Shown one piece after another: positions 15,602-16,538 of a stretch of DNA of 16,538 nucleotides (its first letter is position 1; each line of letters opens with the position of its first letter). Origin of the DNA: Promethearchaeota archaeon (GTDB taxonomy: Archaea > Asgardarchaeota > Lokiarchaeia > Sigyniarchaeales > SOKP01); the NCBI GenBank assembly GCA_048939995.1, contig JBHLOY010000030.1:1-16538 (forward strand), written 5' to 3'. The position numbers were made by a program, and so were the translations under genes. The notes beneath the pieces were generated by a model, which was not told where the DNA came from, did not search any database, and worked only from the letters and a program-made list of their open reading frames with translations.

Positions 15602-16516
15602 ATGAAAAAAATCCTCATCATTGGAGTAAGCGGACTAACTGGTTATAGATTAGCTAAATTATTAGCAAAAGATTTTAAGGTTTTTGGAACCTATAATAAA
15701 AGACCACTGATTATTAAGAATTGCAAAATTGTTCAATTAGATAAAACAGATAAGGAAAGAACTAATTCTTTAATACGAAATTATAACCCAAATGTAATCA
15801 TTGATTGTTCTGCTCTTCATAATGTCGACTACTGCGAGACTCATCAACAAGAGACATGGGAAGTAAATGTCGAGGCTCCCAAATTTATTGCTCAAGTTTG
15901 TAAAGAGATGAAATTACGTTTTATATACATTTCAACTGACTATGTGTTTGATGGCAAAACTGGGAATTATAATGAGCATAGCAAACCAAACCCACTCAAC
16001 TTTTATGGTATATCTAAACTCAAAGCAGAAGAAGAGATAGTTAATATCAGTTTGAATTATGCTATTGTTCGTACTAGTCTTGTTTACGGATGGGGTCCAT
16101 CCGAAGCGGAAGGATTGGAATCAAGTTCGATGAAATCAACTAATTTTGCTAAGTGGACACTAAGAAAACTCCGACTCGGAGAATCTCTAAACATTGTGAA
16201 TGATCAATTTAATACACCTACCTATGTCGATCATCTAGTATATAGTTTGTTAGCGCTTGCAAAATTAAACAGGAATGGTATATTTCATATTGCTGGTAAT
16301 CAATGCACAAATAGATATGAGTTTACGTGTAAAATTGCTGATGTTTTTGGGCTTGATAGAAAATTAATTATCCCTGTTTCAAGTAAAAATTTTAACCAGA
16401 TAGCAGAAAGACCTATGAACTGTTGTTTAAATTCTCAAAAATCTCAACAATTATTAGGAATAAAACCTCATAATATTTATAAATCACTTCAAATAATGAA
16501 AGAGAGAGAGATTTAA
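15602..16516 (+). CDS. rmlD: dTDP-4-dehydrorhamnose reductase family SDR
   Basis: 304 aa. 'ILIIGVSGLTG', 'NVDYCE', 'ISTDYVFDG', 'PNPLNFYGISKL.AE', 'IVRTS.VYG', 'VNDQ..TPT', 'GIFH' and 'A.RP'. Confidence 0.9.
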   Translation: MKKILIIGVSGLTGYRLAKLLAKDFKVFGTYNKRPLIIKNCKIVQLDKTDKERTNSLIRNYNPNVIIDCSALHNVDYCETHQQETWEVNVEAPKFIAQVCKEMKLRFIYISTDYVFDGKTGNYNEHSKPNPLNFYGISKLKAEEEIVNISLNYAIVRTSLVYGWGPSEAEGLESSSMKSTNFAKWTLRKLRLGESLNIVNDQFNTPTYVDHLVYSLLALAKLNRNGIFHIAGNQCTNRYEFTCKIADVFGLDRKLIIPVSSKNFNQIAERPMNCCLNSQKSQQLLGIKPHNIYKSLQIMKEREI

Positions 16517-16538
16517 ACCTTATGGCAAGAAATGACAA

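Noticed and set aside
16501-16538. (AG)5 repeat and a possible next ATG at 16522
   Set aside because: The repeat simply encodes the ...ERE... end of RmlD. The downstream ATG has only five full codons before the window edge, too little to call.
1-16538. CRISPR arrays, tRNA/rRNA genes, IS elements or integrases
   Set aside because: I saw no spaced direct repeats, GC-rich structured RNA segments or transposase/integrase ORFs, and nearly all sequence is accounted for by CDSs.

Overview
A very AT-rich window with 16 intact genes, all consistent with a cell-surface glycan or polysaccharide biosynthesis and modification locus. Archaeal-style signals (BRE+TATA-like promoter, GGTGA-type Shine-Dalgarno) suggest an archaeal host. 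Asgard/Lokiarchaeia is my inference from composition and gene style, not something the sequence proves. The locus holds three GT4 and two GT2 glycosyltransferases, a Wzx-type flippase, a SAM methyltransferase, and rmlA/rmlC/rmlD plus a non-RmlB extended SDR. At its centre is a co-oriented minus-strand glycan-sulfation module: RHH regulator -> sat -> AlkP/NPP-superfamily enzyme -> cysC -> heparan-sulfate-sulfotransferase-like enzyme -> flippase. Four points stand out. (1) This PAPS-supply/sulfation cassette has an unexplained NPP-like enzyme in the middle. (2) The RHH protein carries the 'EE..V..RL..LGY' tail normally seen on sulfatase/AlkP enzymes, while the neighbouring AlkP enzyme lacks it. 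(3) cysC and rmlA appear to start at non-canonical ATA and ATT codons. (4) A Cj1427-like C4-dehydrogenase sits where rmlB would be expected, hinting at an L-hexose (e.g. L-mannose) rather than L-rhamnose pathway. No RNA genes, CRISPR arrays or mobile elements were seen.
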